From: Octopus sinensis
Taxonomy: Eukaryota
DNA: 64,000 nucleotides
Assembly: GCF_006345805.1 (NCBI RefSeq)
Contig: NC_043014.1
Location: forward strand, 22,134,001-22,198,000
Direction of reading: 5' to 3'
Notes under the pieces: generated by a model
Database searches by the model: none
Seen by the model: the letters and a program-made list of their open reading frames with translations, nothing else
What the model was told of the DNA's origin: nothing
Made by a program: the position numbers and the translations under genes
Shown: positions 14,897 to 29,300 of the stretch, piece after piece
How the letters are laid out: each line of letters starts with the position of its first letter
How positions within the stretch are numbered: the first letter of the stretch is position 1

Positions 14897-15682
14897 ATGT
14901 GTGTGTCTTCGCATTTGTCTACCACAACCAGGCGATAGAATAAGTACCAGGCTTCTACAAAAAAAAAAAGAAACGAAAAAGTACTGGGATCGATAAATTC
15001 GATTACATTTCCTCAAGACAGTGCTCCAACATGGCCGTAGGCCATGAAACAAGTACAAGAATAAGAGAATTGTAATCTACATCATCAAAATATTAAATTT
15101 CTGAGAAAACAAAGTCGAGGCGTGTGAGTTATCTGTAACACCTCTCTCCGCTCCCTTCAAAATACACTTTTCTCAACCTATATAATCGTTAGTTTACACC
15201 ATCTAAAACATATCTTTAAAAAATTTTATGAAAAAATATCCCTTTTTCAGAAAGTTATGAGGAAACAAAGTTGGATGGGAAAATACGTTAGACTAGTGGT
15301 TTTCAACCATTTTTTGTCAATGGACCCTTGGATTCCTATTTTACTTAGAGTGGGGGTATCCTCATAGCCATTCAATGTCTAAAAATTCTTTATTAGATTT
15401 TTATGATTAAGTATTAAGTTTGGCGAAATACCTTATTGATGTGTCTATAGAAAAGTAGCACATCGAAGTGTATAAGAGAGAGTGAGAGAGAGAGGAGGAG
15501 GAGAGAGAGAAAAAGAGAGAGATAGATAGGGGGAGAAAGAGGAGGAGGAAAAAACAAAGAGAATAGTCTATTTCCCCGTGTTAAAAACGCTATCTCGCGT
15601 TTTAGGTTTCACAGTTAGGTTTTCTAATATTTAAATTTATTTCAGTCCTTCTGATTCACACTGTGTTGTATATAAAATATAC

Positions 15683-15915
15683 CACCGTGATCACCGTGAC
15701 CGACCAGGCTATCACGTGTTGCTACACATCGCTGGTCACAATGCGCTTCGCATTGTTTTAGCCTTCAAATGATGCCACCCCGCTGGCTAAGCGAGCAGGC
15801 CAACAGAAGAAGGAGTGAGAGAAGGTTGTGGCGAAAGAGTACGGCAGGGATGACCACCACCCCCTGCCGGAGCCTCGTGGAGCTTTAGGTATTTTCGCTC
15901 AATAAACACTCACAA
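15683..15915 (-). mobile_element. tRNA-derived SINE (family B), headless
   Basis: Shares ctaaagctccacgaggctccggcagg with 59640-59790 and the gcttcgcattgttttagccttcaaatg tail with 61968-62090. Confidence 0.75.
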
Positions 15916-17427
15916 TTAATGTCGAACCGACAAAAGCACAAATATGTAAATGAAGCTGACAGCCTTTGTAGGTGTAGATAAATGTAAATACTGTTGGTTG
16001 AAGAAGGAAAAAGAATACGTGTGTGAGGAGCGGTCAACAACAAGCTGTGAAATGGCTCGTCAGGAAAGGAGATGGAATTGTCACTTCCGGAGTGTAAGAG
16101 CTAAGCAACAACACCACCACCACCAACACCACAACAGCACCAACTACAATAAAACAAAATTCATTCGTTCAACTCCATGACGATCTATTGACAGGATCGT
16201 TAGAACATAGGACAAAATGAAACACTGTGATATTTGTTCAAGCTCTTTGCACTGAATCTGAATCCTGCTGAGGGCAGCTTTGCATTTCATATTCTGGGGA
16301 CAATAAATAAAGTACAACCTTTCTAGAATGATCTAATAAATGTCGTAGTATGTGTTCTGGTTCTTTGTGTCCTCAGTTCTTCGAGAGTAGACTGGGTCCC
16401 TCGATAGGTTTGACACCACTACCTGGTCCTTGGGCACCTTTAGCAAAGTTCACGCAGCTCTCTCAGTATTTGGACCAGGAAATTTGAAGTCAACTTCCTC
16501 CCGTCCTCTCACCAACCTGGGAGACACTGAACAAAAGTTTCAGGGGCGTTACCTAAAAAGTAAATAAAAATTACAGAGGTATGTCATTATAATAAGGTTA
16601 TACTTTTTATGGTAGCCATATGTTTCTCCAAATCTCTCACTATCTTATTTCTCATTCTCTCTATCCTTGTCCCTGTCTCTATCTTCTTTACTCTCTCTTC
16701 CTCACTATCTCTCTCCTCTCCCTCACTATCTCTATCCTCTCCCCCACCTATCCCTCTCTCCTCCCTTTCTTTATCTATTTTCTTTCCTCTTTCTGACGAA
16801 GGGACCTGCTCGAAACGTCACCCCCACTTCCTTTTTCCATCTTAAACTTTCTCCGGGCGTCAATCTAATTTCTTCACTGTGTACGTCCCTTTGATTTTTG
16901 TCGTTTTTTCTGCTTTTGTTTTTTTATTTTTAATTTGCCTATACAGCAATACCTCACTTTATGAGGACTTGCTTTACGAGATCCCGAGTTTTATTTTACA
17001 ATAAATAAAGATTACAGTCTTTTTGTGTGTGTGTGTGGGTGGCAACGTAGCAACATATAGCAAACTGGTTCTAATGCGTCTATACAGCTGAATATCGCGA
17101 TGGAATAATTCGGTCTACAAATGATGGTGTGTGCGAGTCTAGTGCGAGTGAAAGTGATTCAGAAAACTATTATAATATTTTTTATCATAAAATATCTTGA
17201 CATTATTTTTACTTTACATAAAATATTCTTTACATCCCACTGTTGTTTTATTGCCATTTATTTACGGATATTACAAATGTTATAGGTAAAATATTTTTCT
17301 GGGCACGTATTACGATTTATAACATTGCTACTATGGGTAATTATTTCTATGCTTTACGGGTTCTTGCTGTATGTACGGTCTCCGGGAACAAATTAACTTG
17401 TATATCTAAGCATTACTGTATATATAA

Positions 17428-17940
17428 CTAGCAGTATCGCCCGGCGTTGCTCGGGTTTGTAAGGGAAATAACTATATAAGCATTTTTAGAGAGTTACTTC
17501 CCTTATAGATGCCAATTCGGGCTTTCTTAGCTATTTCTGTTTTGGTGTCTTCAAGCCATGAAGTCGTTGTTCTAAAAGAACGCTGGTCTCCTTGACAACG
17601 CTTTACGACGTTGATTTCCTTACACTCCCTTCCCCACAGCTTCACGAGGGAGGGAAGAAGGGGGAGAAGCAAACAGGTGCAAGTGTGACCATGGACGCCA
17701 ACTCCGCCGCCATCGACACACGAAAAATTATGCATTAAAATGGAATAAAAAATGATGTTAAATTATTTTTAAAATCGTAGACTCATCGTAGACGCGCGCT
17801 AATACTCAGACGGGCTCGATATGAATCACGACTATAAGATATCCGAATTTGGTTAAACTGCACCGCAAAATGTGGGAGTAGTTAGGAATCTAAATCGAAG
17901 GGGACAGACACTCACACAACTACAGTTTTATATATATAGA
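17428..17940 (-). mobile_element. Non-autonomous Helitron-like element
   Basis: Minus strand A|TCTATATATATAAAAC ... acccgagcaacgccgggcgatactgCTAG|T; same 3' end as 47476-47858. Confidence 0.85.
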
Positions 17941-18199
17941 TATATCATCTTTACTTTGCTATCTCCCCTACTTCTTCGCTCTCCTGTGTGACCTTTCTGT
18001 CCGGCAGTCGCCATGATAGATCGGTAGCAACTACACACATTTTTTTTGTTTCCTTGTTTTTTCTGTGTCCCTTTCTGTAGAAGAGCGTAGGCTCGAAACG
18101 TAAAAGACTTTTTCTATTCCTGAGCGTTATACTAATACATCTGTTTGTTTTGTACACCACCTGTCTTCGCCTTTTGCTTTTTTAGTCAACTCTCCCTAC

Positions 18200-18256
<57 letters not shown>

Positions 18257-18611
18257 CGCGTGTGTGTGCGTGTGTGTGTGCGTGTGTGTGCGTGTGTTTG
18301 TGTGTGTGTGTGTATATGTATATGTATGTGTATATATATATGTATATATATATATGTATGTGCATATAATATGTGTGTATGTATGTATGTATGTATGCAT
18401 GTATGTATGTATACATGCATGTATATTGGCATGTTGAACAGTCACATTAATCCCTATACATTTTTCTCTCTGTTCGTTCCCCCCCCCCTGTTCTCTATTC
18501 ATTTTTTTCCCCTCAACTATTGAAGAGCGTAGCTTCGAAACGTCAAAGACTTTTCCATTCTTCCCTTACCTGTCTTCGTCTTTAGTTTTCTGTAAATTTT
18601 AGCTATATGTG

Positions 18612-18686
<75 letters not shown>

Positions 18687-18974
18687 TGTGTGTTTTACCG
18701 TTAAAGTATGTAATTCAGTTATTTCATGGAATAACTACGTATCACATGAATTTCTTCGCTGAATCAGTGAAGGTGTATAAAATTATTACATTCTACAATT
18801 TTATAGAATAATTAGTTTTTTTAATAAATTAACTGATGATAAATAGTTAAGGTACTTTACAAAATGCCTTTTTTTTTCAATAAAAAATATTACAAAAACT
18901 TTATGCAAAGCCTTCATTTTATTTTTTTTAAATGCGTGCTTGCAATAAACATTTATGTTAAATAAAAACGTTTT

Positions 18975-19663
18975 TTTCTATTGTAGGCACAAGGCCCAAA
19001 ATTTTTGGGGAGGAGGCCAGTCGATTAGATCGACCCCAGTACGCAACTGAATTTGAACTCAAAACGTAACGACAGACGAAATACTTATTTCTTTACTACC
19101 CACAAGAGGCTAAACACAGAGAAGACAAACAAGGACAGACACACGGATTAAGTTGATTATATCGACCCCAGTGCGTAACTGGTACTTATTTAATCGACCC
19201 CGAAAGGATGAAAGTCAAAGTCGACCTCGGCGGAATTTGGACTCAGAACGTAACGGCAGACGAAATACCTATTTCTTTACTACCCACAAGGGGCTAAACA
19301 CAGAGAGGACAAACAAGGACAGACACACGGATTAAATCGATTATATCGACCCAGTGCGTAACTGGTACTTATTTAATCGACCCCGAAAGGATGAAAGGCA
19401 AAGTCGACCTCGGCGGAATTTGAACTCAGAACGTAGCCGCAGACGAAATACCTATTTCTTTACTACCCACAAGGGAGGACAGACAAACGGATTAAGTCGA
19501 TTATATCGACATCAGTGCGTAACTGGTACTTATTTAATCGACCTCGAAAGGATGAAAGGCAAAGTCGACCTCGGCGGAATTTGGACCCAGAACGTAGCGA
19601 CAGACGAAATACTGCTAAGCATTTCGCCCGGCGTGCTAACACTTCAGCCAGCTTGCCGCCTTC
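18975..19663 (-). mobile_element. tRNA-derived SINE (family C) with body reiterated about 3.5 times
   Basis: Single head ggcggcaagctggctgaagtgttagcacgccgggcg at 19600-19663; cgaaatac recurs at 19077, 19261, 19444 and 19605 (period about 184 bp, one deleted unit). Confidence 0.85.
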
Positions 19664-19715
19664 TTAAATAAAAAAAAATATTACAAAAACTTTATCCAAA
19701 ACATTCATTTTAATT

Positions 19716-21206
19716 TTAATTATTTATTAGAACAAACATTACTGTGATGGCACTTAGAATTACATTGCATATTATTTTTGGAACAGGCACACTTTTTAGT
19801 ATCATATTGTGTTTTGTACAAAGCTTTTTTAAATCCTTTCTAGTGCTGGTACTTTGATCAGTAGCAACAGACCAAAGTGAATGAGATTTGTCTGACATTA
19901 ATTTCATTTTCTTAGCTTGAGTTTCCAGACATTCTTTAGCTATGTGTCTTTCTTTCTCGATATTTATTTCATTTAAACATAACCTGCAGACCTTCCGTAC
20001 AATTTTGTTTTCTGTGTACCAGACTTCTGAGCATGACACATGGATAGGCTGCTCACATTTCCTGCAAAATAGGTTGTCTTTGCAATTTTTTGAACACACA
20101 ACACACACTTTCACAGTCTGATTCGGAGATGTTTCTTCGACGGAAACAGCATCATCATGTTCGGAGGATGCAGTAATAGCAATCAAGGCATTTTCAAATT
20201 GTTGTTCATCCTCCACTAATCCAAACACTTCCCTCGCAATAGGAGTTGTGGACAGTCCAACTCTAGGAGCACAGCCAAATATAGCCTCATAAGGCATTCT
20301 CTTTATAGCATAATGAAGCGCTTTGTTTTTCATGAATTTAATAAATTTAAGCCTGTGACTCCATGACGTAGACTGGTTGTCTTGTATTCAAGTTGTTAAC
20401 ATATTTTCGATGTCTTGGTTGGCCCTCTCACCGCTACCTTGACTCTGACTATGCCTTGGCTTACTATGTACGATCTTAAGCTCCGGCCAAGTCGTTTATG
20501 AGTTTATTACAAAATTCCCTGCCGTTGTCGGACTGCAGAATACATGGAGCACTGAGCAATAAAAATATATCGAGCAACTATGTGGTGACTTCTTCTGCCC
20601 TCTTTGTTTGAAGACGTCTTAAAACTACAAACTTTGTTAAGTGGTCTTGTTACGCTAAAATAAATTCATAATTTCCATCAGGTTGAGACTGAAAATCTAT
20701 AAGGTCTACTTGACATCTTGAATTGAGATGCTAATATACCATGCCTTTCTTTCCCTTATTTCTTTTTTCTTGGCAAGGTTCACAAACACTTAAAAACAAC
20801 TTGATTTCATTCTGAGTAATGTTTTTATATCGACGATTGAGTTCTTTTATCATACGGTCTCTACTACCATGTCCAATAGATATATGCGTTTCGTATAAAA
20901 TATCGAACAGTGCATCGCTTGAACAATAAAAGACGACATCAGGTTTTGCATCTGTCACCGACACTATTAATTTTTCTACTCCTTGAACTTCATGAACATC
21001 ATAACGCTTAATTAACCAACAGGCATGTAGTACTTTTTAAATGGTATTTTAGCATTCTTTATTCTGCTAACAAACTTAACTACTTTTTACGAGTAAGCAT
21101 AGCACTATTTTTCTTTTGTCTCACGCTTATTTAACAAAAAATTAAACCGCTCTTGCATTACGTCTTTTCTATTTATATGTTGATCTTTCATCCCTTCCAG
21201 ACTCAT
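19716..21206 (-). pseudogene. KRBA2/SCAND3-like (Ginger-type) DDE integrase/transposase relic with C-terminal Cys-rich finger
   Basis: HISIGHGSRDRMIKELNRRYKNIT...CEPCQ (HHCC), MKNKALHYAIKRMPYEAIFG, CVVCSK...CRKCEQPIHVSC; stops and frameshifts. Confidence 0.8.
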
Positions 21207-21689
21207 CTTTTTAAATAAAATTTGCAAATATATGTACGTACAAATTAACTAACAAAACATACGTGCTCTACCTGACGGTTAACAACAATAACAGGGCTAG
21301 TAAATACAACATAATCAGTTCAAACAACGTTCACGTACCATCTTTAAAACTTTAACCATAGGGCAGTTGTTATTACATGGAAAAATGCGAGCATGACAAG
21401 TCATATTCTTAAGATTATAAACATGGAAAAGTACAGGACAAGCTATTACACCTGTAAAAGTATAGGACAAGGTATCACTTCTAGTAAAGTAAAGAATAAG
21501 AAACGTTTTACTTAAAATATTGCAGCAAAGAATGCCAGTTCTTCTAATTTATCACTTTTACAGTTCTCATCTTTTAAATTTATTGTACAAAACTGTTCAG
21601 CTAATTTGTAAGTTTGTCTAATTAGTCACATTTTCTGTATTTCTTCTGTATGTAAACTATAATAAAATAAGTTTTAATATCAAAATTTT

Positions 21690-22579
21690 AATTTTAGCTG
21701 CAATATAAATGACTAGTTATATCTACTAAAAATGCAAAGTCACTATGAAACTTTTTGTCTTCCAGTTCTATAATAGGAATACCGTTAATATCCATAAAAA
21801 TTTTCACCTCTTCCTTCAATTCATAAAATCGCTTAAGCGTTTGCGCCTTACTTAACCACTTAACTTCACAATGGTACAATAACTCTCCGTATTCAGCTTC
21901 AAGATCTTTCAAAATTTCTTTTAATTCCCTATTCAACCCTTTGCTTTTTATCAAATTAACGGCCTTAGTTTCAACTTTCATTACATTGCCAATATCGAGA
22001 GATTTTGCACATAAACTTCCCATATGAATGAAGCATGACACACAAAGTTTCCGGATCCAAAAGAAGCTTCTTAAATTCATTCTTAAACAGAGCTACGAAC
22101 CCTTTTTCACGACCTGCTATATCAGATTTTAGAGAATTTTGAACGTTATCTGCAATATCTTTAATACGATCAGAAGCAGTTCTTCTTGATAAGCTAATAT
22201 TTCCAAACAAATTAAGTAAATCTGGGCATATATTCTCAACAGCAGTAAGGATACATTCTTTCACGAGTTCACCATCGTAACTGATTAAATTTCAAGAACT
22301 GGTCTTTTAAAAAAAAGCTTGTCTTTTGGTCAGATTTTCTTTCAAGGAGGCTATCTTGTTAAAACGTTCAGATTCTTTCAAATTTCCATAGGTCTTACGC
22401 TTACTCACAAAATGCCTCACTAAATTATATATTTTATGAATGGCTATTCGCTCATTGCAAATAAGACAAATGCACGTGTTATCTACTTCATTAAAAAAAT
22501 AAAGTTCATTCAATTTTTCATCAAACAAAGCACGTTCACCAGCACTTCTTTTTATAAGATTTTAATAACCGCTTGCCAT
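21690..22579 (-). pseudogene. hAT (Charlie/SPIN, GTF2IRD2-like) transposase relic
   Basis: YFFNEVDNTCICLICNE...LVRHF, KECILTAVENICPD...ISLSRRT and LLYHCEVKWLSKAQTLKRFYELKEEV; internally deleted and frameshifted. Confidence 0.85.
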
Positions 22580-23054
22580 ATTGATAAAGGGTATTGAAAA
22601 ATTGATTTAACAAAGTTATAAACCGGTTAAATTTATATTATCACTTGCGGAATTTTTGTTATTACCGCTGCCTGGGAAAAGCAAAAGCCAACTGGCTCGT
22701 AGTCGTAATGTATGCATTTAGTGTTGTAAAAGTAGTAAAAAATATAAATCTGCAAAAGATTCAGATATTGTTTGGTTCTGCAAGGTTTAAGTTGATTTTT
22801 CTCTCTCCCTTGTCCACACAAGTATTGACAAGCGAGTGGATAGGGAAGGGCGATAACTGATAAGCCGATGGCAGATGAAAGTAACTCCTGTTGACCTTCT
22901 TGACACCGACTGATAGCAAAAATGCGACACCCCCTTCGAAAAACTTTATTTTTCACTGCTTTTTTCAGAAAAAAGGTTCGTAATATTTTTTTATAATCCT
23001 GTTCACAAAGCACCAAATTAATAGTTTCTGCTTCGATGAAGCTTTACCAATTTG

Positions 23055-23168
23055 TTCGATAAATTAAGTACCAGTTATGCACTGGGATCGATGTAATCGA
23101 CTTAATCTCTTTGTCTGTCCTTGTTTGTCCACTCTATGTTTAGCCCCTTGTGGGTAGTAAAGAAATAG
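23055..23168 (+). mobile_element. SINE family C 3' fragment
   Basis: ttaagtaccagttatgcactgggatcgatgtaatcgacttaa...tttagccccttgtgggtagtaaagaaat. Confidence 0.8.
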
Positions 23169-23594
23169 ATATTATTAATGGATTTTAAAATATTTTTTTT
23201 TTTTTGCTTATCGATTGACAGAAAGAGGGTGAATGTCGATTTCGGAGATTTCCTTCGTAAAAACGTGAAAAATGAAATAGGGACGAAAATTTAAATACTC
23301 GGATATGAATAATTTTTACACTGTATCTTCTACAACGCTTCAGCTTTCGTTTCATATAAAAATTATTTCGATACATGCAATATACTTTCAGTTTTCTCAG
23401 TTAAAGTGTAGTTGGGTCTGAAGGGGATGGTATAATCCTAGCAATATGCGTTTTATAGTGAAAACAAAATTTCCATTCAAATAGTAATTACCAGAGGATT
23501 TCTGTTCGAGTCTGACCGTTTTATGTCATAGTGGAAACCCGACCTATGTCGCAAATAGGTTTACGAGAATTGAATAAATCTTTTCTCTTTCTCT

Positions 23595-24050
<456 letters not shown>

Positions 24051-26086
24051 TATTTCATTAAGATTTGCCATAAAGGCATTACAAAGAGTAGCTTGTGGGC
24101 TGGACATATACATTGATGAGGTGAATGATGAGACAAGGATGATATTGATGAGAGAAGGCAGAAAACGCCCGCCGGTATTCTGCTTCTCTAAAACATTTTT
24201 TTTTTCCCATCAAAAACGACAATTTTTGGACTTCATAGTCCATTACAAATATATATAATAAATTATTCAATATACACACAATCTATAAGATCAATCAAGC
24301 AAATGACACGCCGCCTGCAGGAAAGCCTGCATCGGCAGGTCGGGGCCCAGAAAGAGGAAAGCAAAATCTTTCTTATTTCAGGTCACCATGACCTCGAACA
24401 GTTCCTTCTAACTCACGACGTCCGCAGCCACCTGCGGAGGCCAGTCTGGACAGTCTATACAAACCGAGTCCAATCGTTCTCGGCCTGGAAGACCGTCCAA
24501 GCATTTCTCGACAGGCCCTTCCCTGAGATAGAAAACGACGGGTTTCACGTTCTCCTCACGGGAAGGGGCTTCAGCCCGCTCTGTCAGTGGCACAATTCCC
24601 ACTGATAGAGCCTCTCGTTCCGGTGGCTCACGTTCCACCGAAGGGGTTTCGGAACATGCTGCCGCTGCACCAGTAACCGCCGGCGATGCCCCGTTTTTTC
24701 TTTCTTTTCTTTTTTCCCCCCTTTTTCGCGTCGGGAGAGCGAGGTTCCTCCGGTTTGTCCGTATGTCCCTCCTTCCCTCCCGCCGCCACGGGATCCATCG
24801 GTGGGCAACCATTGTTGTCTACCTTCTTTCTTTTTTTCCCTTTCGAGTGGGTTGCCTCCTCCTCGACTTTTTCTACACCTCCCTCCTTTATATGCTCAGA
24901 AGGCTCCGTTGGAGGAAAAACATCCTCCTCTATTAATTTTTCCAGTGCCCTTGCATGGTTGTTGGGGCACTTCCTCTTAATGTGACCTGATTCCAGGCAC
25001 AGATGGCAATTGAGGGGGCGTCCCTCAAGAGTCACCGGATCCCTAGAACCGGCCATCTTTAGAAAATCTGGGAAGACCAGGTCCATAGGGTCAAAATTGC
25101 TTTCGACCCCACCCAATCAGCCACAGGAAACATTCTAACATTCAAGAGCGTGGCTCTGCTACCACCCAGATCCCGGCGGATTGTATCCTCTATCCACTCA
25201 GGCTCTATTCCGGGTGGCAGGCCACTCACCCAGCCTCTTGTCAATTTCCTTCCCCGATATGTGGGGAGAAACAAAAAATTTTCCCCTTCCAGGGGCTGAC
25301 TAGCAAACAAGCTAGCCTCTTTAGGGGTGTCAAACAGTAACCACACTATTGCAAATTTGGCACCCCTTGCGATATACTTGATAGTTGGTAGGTATTCTGC
25401 CAACTCTTTTTCAATTTCGTCCTGTGAGAACACAGTGATGGTGTCGAGTGACTTGGAGTATGTCCTCAACACCACCATTCTCTCATTTCGGTCCTCTATC
25501 CACTGCTTGGGGGGCACAATTTCCCACTCCAGCACAGTGGTTTCCTTTGTTGCCATGATTTAAAACCACGAAGAAACAAAAAAGAGTTCAACAAAAGTTC
25601 AAATGTTCTAAATAAAAGTTCAGTAATAAACACAAAAAAAAAAGAACGGAAAGACAGAGCAGAGAAAAGAACGAAGGAAGACAGTTCAATCAACGGCAAC
25701 ACAATTCCACAAGTCCGATACAGGTACTCCAGCTGCAAAAATAGTCCTTCCTGCCTTGGTACTCCTTGGTAATCCAGTGGAAATTCACAGACACGAAGAC
25801 AATTTTCGCAAACAAATTAATTTTTTCGGAGGGGGGACACCTCCTCAAAAACACAATTCTCACTGCAAAGTGAGTCTTTACGCACGACCACAGGCAGGTA
25901 ATTGTCTGGAGCAGAGTGGAGACTGTTACTCACCAAAAAATATTAAATACAAAACAACAAACTCCACTAAGCCCTCAAAAAAATTCAACAAACACCTACC
26001 TGTAGTCGAGCCTCAAAGTCCAATATTTCACGACGAAAGACGTGACACCAAGCAGCCGAAAAAAAGACGTCTGTTTTCGACAAAGG
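24051..26086 (-). mobile_element. Tx1/L1-type ORF1-only element (element A, HAL1-like)
   Basis: 15-bp direct repeat ttaagcaagctactt at 24036-24050 and 26087-26101. 5' end cctttgtcgaaaacagacgtc and 3' end match element B; only ORF1 lies between them. Confidence 0.9.
24408..25556 (-). pseudogene. LINE ORF1 protein with CCHC zinc knuckle (frameshifted)
   Basis: MATKETTVLEW...FLPTYRGRKLTR..., then CHLCLESGHIKRKC. Confidence 0.85.
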
Positions 26087-26311
26087 TTAAGCAAGCTACT
26101 TTATTTCATGAAAATTCGCCATTAAGGCGTTACATGGAGGGGACATACAAATACAGACAAACATATAGGGTGTAGTAGCTTAAAACGTTTTAGTATTTAC
26201 AATATAATGTGTACAATATTTACAATATAAAGTTTACAAATTTAATATCACATAGTAGGGCAAGGAACCCAGCCATCTGGGTAGAACCTTTACTTCTTGA
26301 TCCGGTCACAC

Positions 26312-29300
26312 TTACCTTGTGCCAAATATACCCAGCTTGCAAGCTACAGGCTTCCATCTTTTTACAAGGATATCTCGTGACAGACACCTCTTCTCCAGCC
26401 TGATCTCTCTACCGAGGTGGTAACTAAAGAAGTTAACCAACTCCTGGCCGGATACAAAGGTGCCTGTCACTATACCTTTCGTACGCGTCTTCCATACTGT
26501 TTCTTTCAGTATGGCTACCACGCAGGAAAAACAAGCCTTCCATTCCCTGCTGAGGAAAGGAGGTGGCACAATCTCAATGATAGACTCCGCTGATAGCTGT
26601 ACTCTTCCACTCACTAACAACAGTTGTTCGGCAAAAGCAATCAGTTCCGATAACTCCGGGCACTCCACGAATGCGTGCAAGACGGTTTCCCTATCCCGCT
26701 CATATCGCGGACATGTCGGCGAGACGGCACTTCCGTGCCTTGACAGTTTGTCGCGAACAGGTAACGCCGCACGGAAACACTGTCAGGCCAGGGATTTCTG
26801 GTAATTATCCAGATACCCCGGCCCGAACGTTCTCCGGAACAGGTTGACCAACTGATTTTCATCGTAGCCCAGGGTCTCCCCCAAGGCGTCTTCGGACTTA
26901 ACCTCCACTAACCCGCTATAGAAATCCGCGGTAGAACTCCTGTTGCCGGCATTGCCCGCCTGAGAGAGTAGCTGAAGTGCCTGGCGGCACTCCGATTGCC
27001 AGCCCCCCAGCCTAGGTCTCTGCTTGATCCAATTACCAATGTCCGTTAAGGACGTTAATTGCGGGATGTAGAACCGAACGTGCGGTGATCACACCTGCTC
27101 TCCATCCAAGTAAAGCCAGAGGTGCCTCAACCTTAACGCGAATTTTAGCATCATCAGCCAAGGCATCCCTAGCCCACCCTTTAGCGGTTTCTGGCAGCAG
27201 ACAGAGCGCTTTACAAGTGGCTTTCCTCCTTTCCACAAAAAGCGGAAAAGGATTCTCCCAACTCGTTCAGCCACAAATCTGGGCAAAGCACCACGGTCAG
27301 ACGGTAGGTGACTACTGATGCTAGCAGGGATAACGCCCGTCCAGACCAGGTCTGGGTTAGAGCGTTCACTCTGCCGGCCACCTCACTCTCATTTTTCTCT
27401 ATCTGGAGGTCTGGCTTGAACAAGACTCCGAGCAGCTTAACAGGATCTTCCGTCCAACGCCCCACGACGTTATTGGACGGCGTCGGCTTGCCCCTCCAGT
27501 TGCCGAGTTGCAAACCGACCGACTTGTCCTTGTTAACCTTTGCTCCAGCCACCGCCTCGTAGCTTTTGATGGCCTCTTCCACCACTGGAAGCTGGCCTTC
27601 ATCTGCCACGATGATGTAGATGTCATCCGCGTACGCCGTAGCTCCTCTTCCATACTATAGATCATGCGGTGCGCCCCTAGTGCCTCCAACTTCCGCAGCA
27701 AAGGCTCAAGAGCCAACACATATAGAAGCGGGGACAGGGGACACCCCTGACGAACTGAACGCTCGATCCTGAACGGCTTCGAAAGGAAACTGTTCACCTT
27801 GACGACAGACTCGATGTCGCTATACAAAGCAGCGATCCAACCTCAAAAAGTCGGGCCCAGTCCAGCCTCTCCGAGGACCGCCGCCAAGAACCGATGGTCG
27901 ACCCTATCAAATGCCTTAGACTGGTCTAAATGTACCAGTCCCCCCCCCTGCGCCAGAAAGCTTTCCCACCCTCTAAGGAGTAGCGTATAAGGTGGAGATT
28001 GTCGTGTATCGTCCTGCCCGGGATAGCGCACGTTTGCGCTTCCCCGACAAGTTTGTCCACGACCCGCGCCAACCTTTTCGCCAGCACCTTGGCTAAAATC
28101 TTTAACTCTGTTCAGCAGAGTTATGGGCCTGAAGTTCCCTATCTCGTCCCCCTTGCTCGGGTCCTTCCTGATCAACGTCACCCCGTGTCCGGCTTGCAGA
28201 CTTGGGAATTCTCCCATTCTGCTGCCAATTGGCGAAGACGCTAGCCAGCAGGTGCCTGAACAAGTCTGGCATACTTTTATAAAACTCATAGGGCAGACCA
28301 TCGAGACCCGGCGACTTCTTCCCAGGTCACTCGCCCAACACCTCGATTACTTCCTCGGCTGTGATTGGCCCCTCACAGCACTCAGATCTCGTGCCGAGAG
28401 ACGCGGGCCACCAGACAGTAAGTCCCTAAGGGCCCTACCATGATTCAGGGTCCCGCACCTCCCGAACAACTCCTCGAAGTGCTTGTAAAGTGCCTCACAC
28501 ATCTCGTCCCGCTCCTTGACCGTGCATCCGTTTCCGTCCGCAAGAGACCTAATTGTGGCATCGTTTCCACGCTGGGTTTCTATCGTACAACATTAATTCC
28601 CTCACGGCCCAATGCTCGCACTTTAGCCCGAACTCTACACCCTTCATGTTTGGTTTTGAGGTAACGTTTTAATGCCATTCTCACCGCCAAAACGTGAGAT
28701 GCAGAGCCCAACCTCAACGCCTCCTCTAAGTTCTTAACTAATTGCCCTTCTATTCTAGCCCTGTCTAATCTTAGTTGCTTACTAAACCAAATGAACTCGA
28801 ATCGAATGGCTCTTTTGAGGGCGAACCACCACCGGTTATTAACCACGTTTCCGGTTAACGCCCTCTGTACTAACTCCTTAATCCGACTGCGGTATCCCTC
28901 ACAAGTCAAAATAGACTTGTTCAGCTTCCAGTAGCCTGGTCCTATCTTAAGTGTGCTACCTATGTCCAGTCTACATTTGACCATTCTATGGTCAGTATAG
29001 GGCACCTTCACAGGCTGTGGACAACTAAAACTAGACTTATCTCTAGTTCTTATCACTATCCTGTCTAGATAAGACTTGAACCTTCCGTCGCCACTCATTC
29101 AGGTCCACTCTGGGACGTTCGGATGGTCAAGTCTGTAGCGATCTGCCAGATGAAACCGCTTAAGCAGGTCCACGAGACGTGAGTTCACTTTTCTATGGAT
29201 GGAGCCAACACTATCGATGTGTACGTCAACAATAGCATTAAAGTACCCTAATACTACTAAAGTCTTCGACGTCACGAGAAAGTTCTCTAGGCGCCGATAA

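Noticed and set aside
18975-19663. Regularly spaced direct repeats resembling a CRISPR array
   Set aside because: The whole 184-bp unit repeats with no unique spacers, no cas genes are present, and the unit is SINE sequence in a eukaryotic context.
19716-21206. Domesticated KRBA2/SCAND3-like host gene
   Set aside because: Multiple stops and frameshifts and no KRAB/SCAN domain; better read as a transposon relic, so no gene symbol was assigned.
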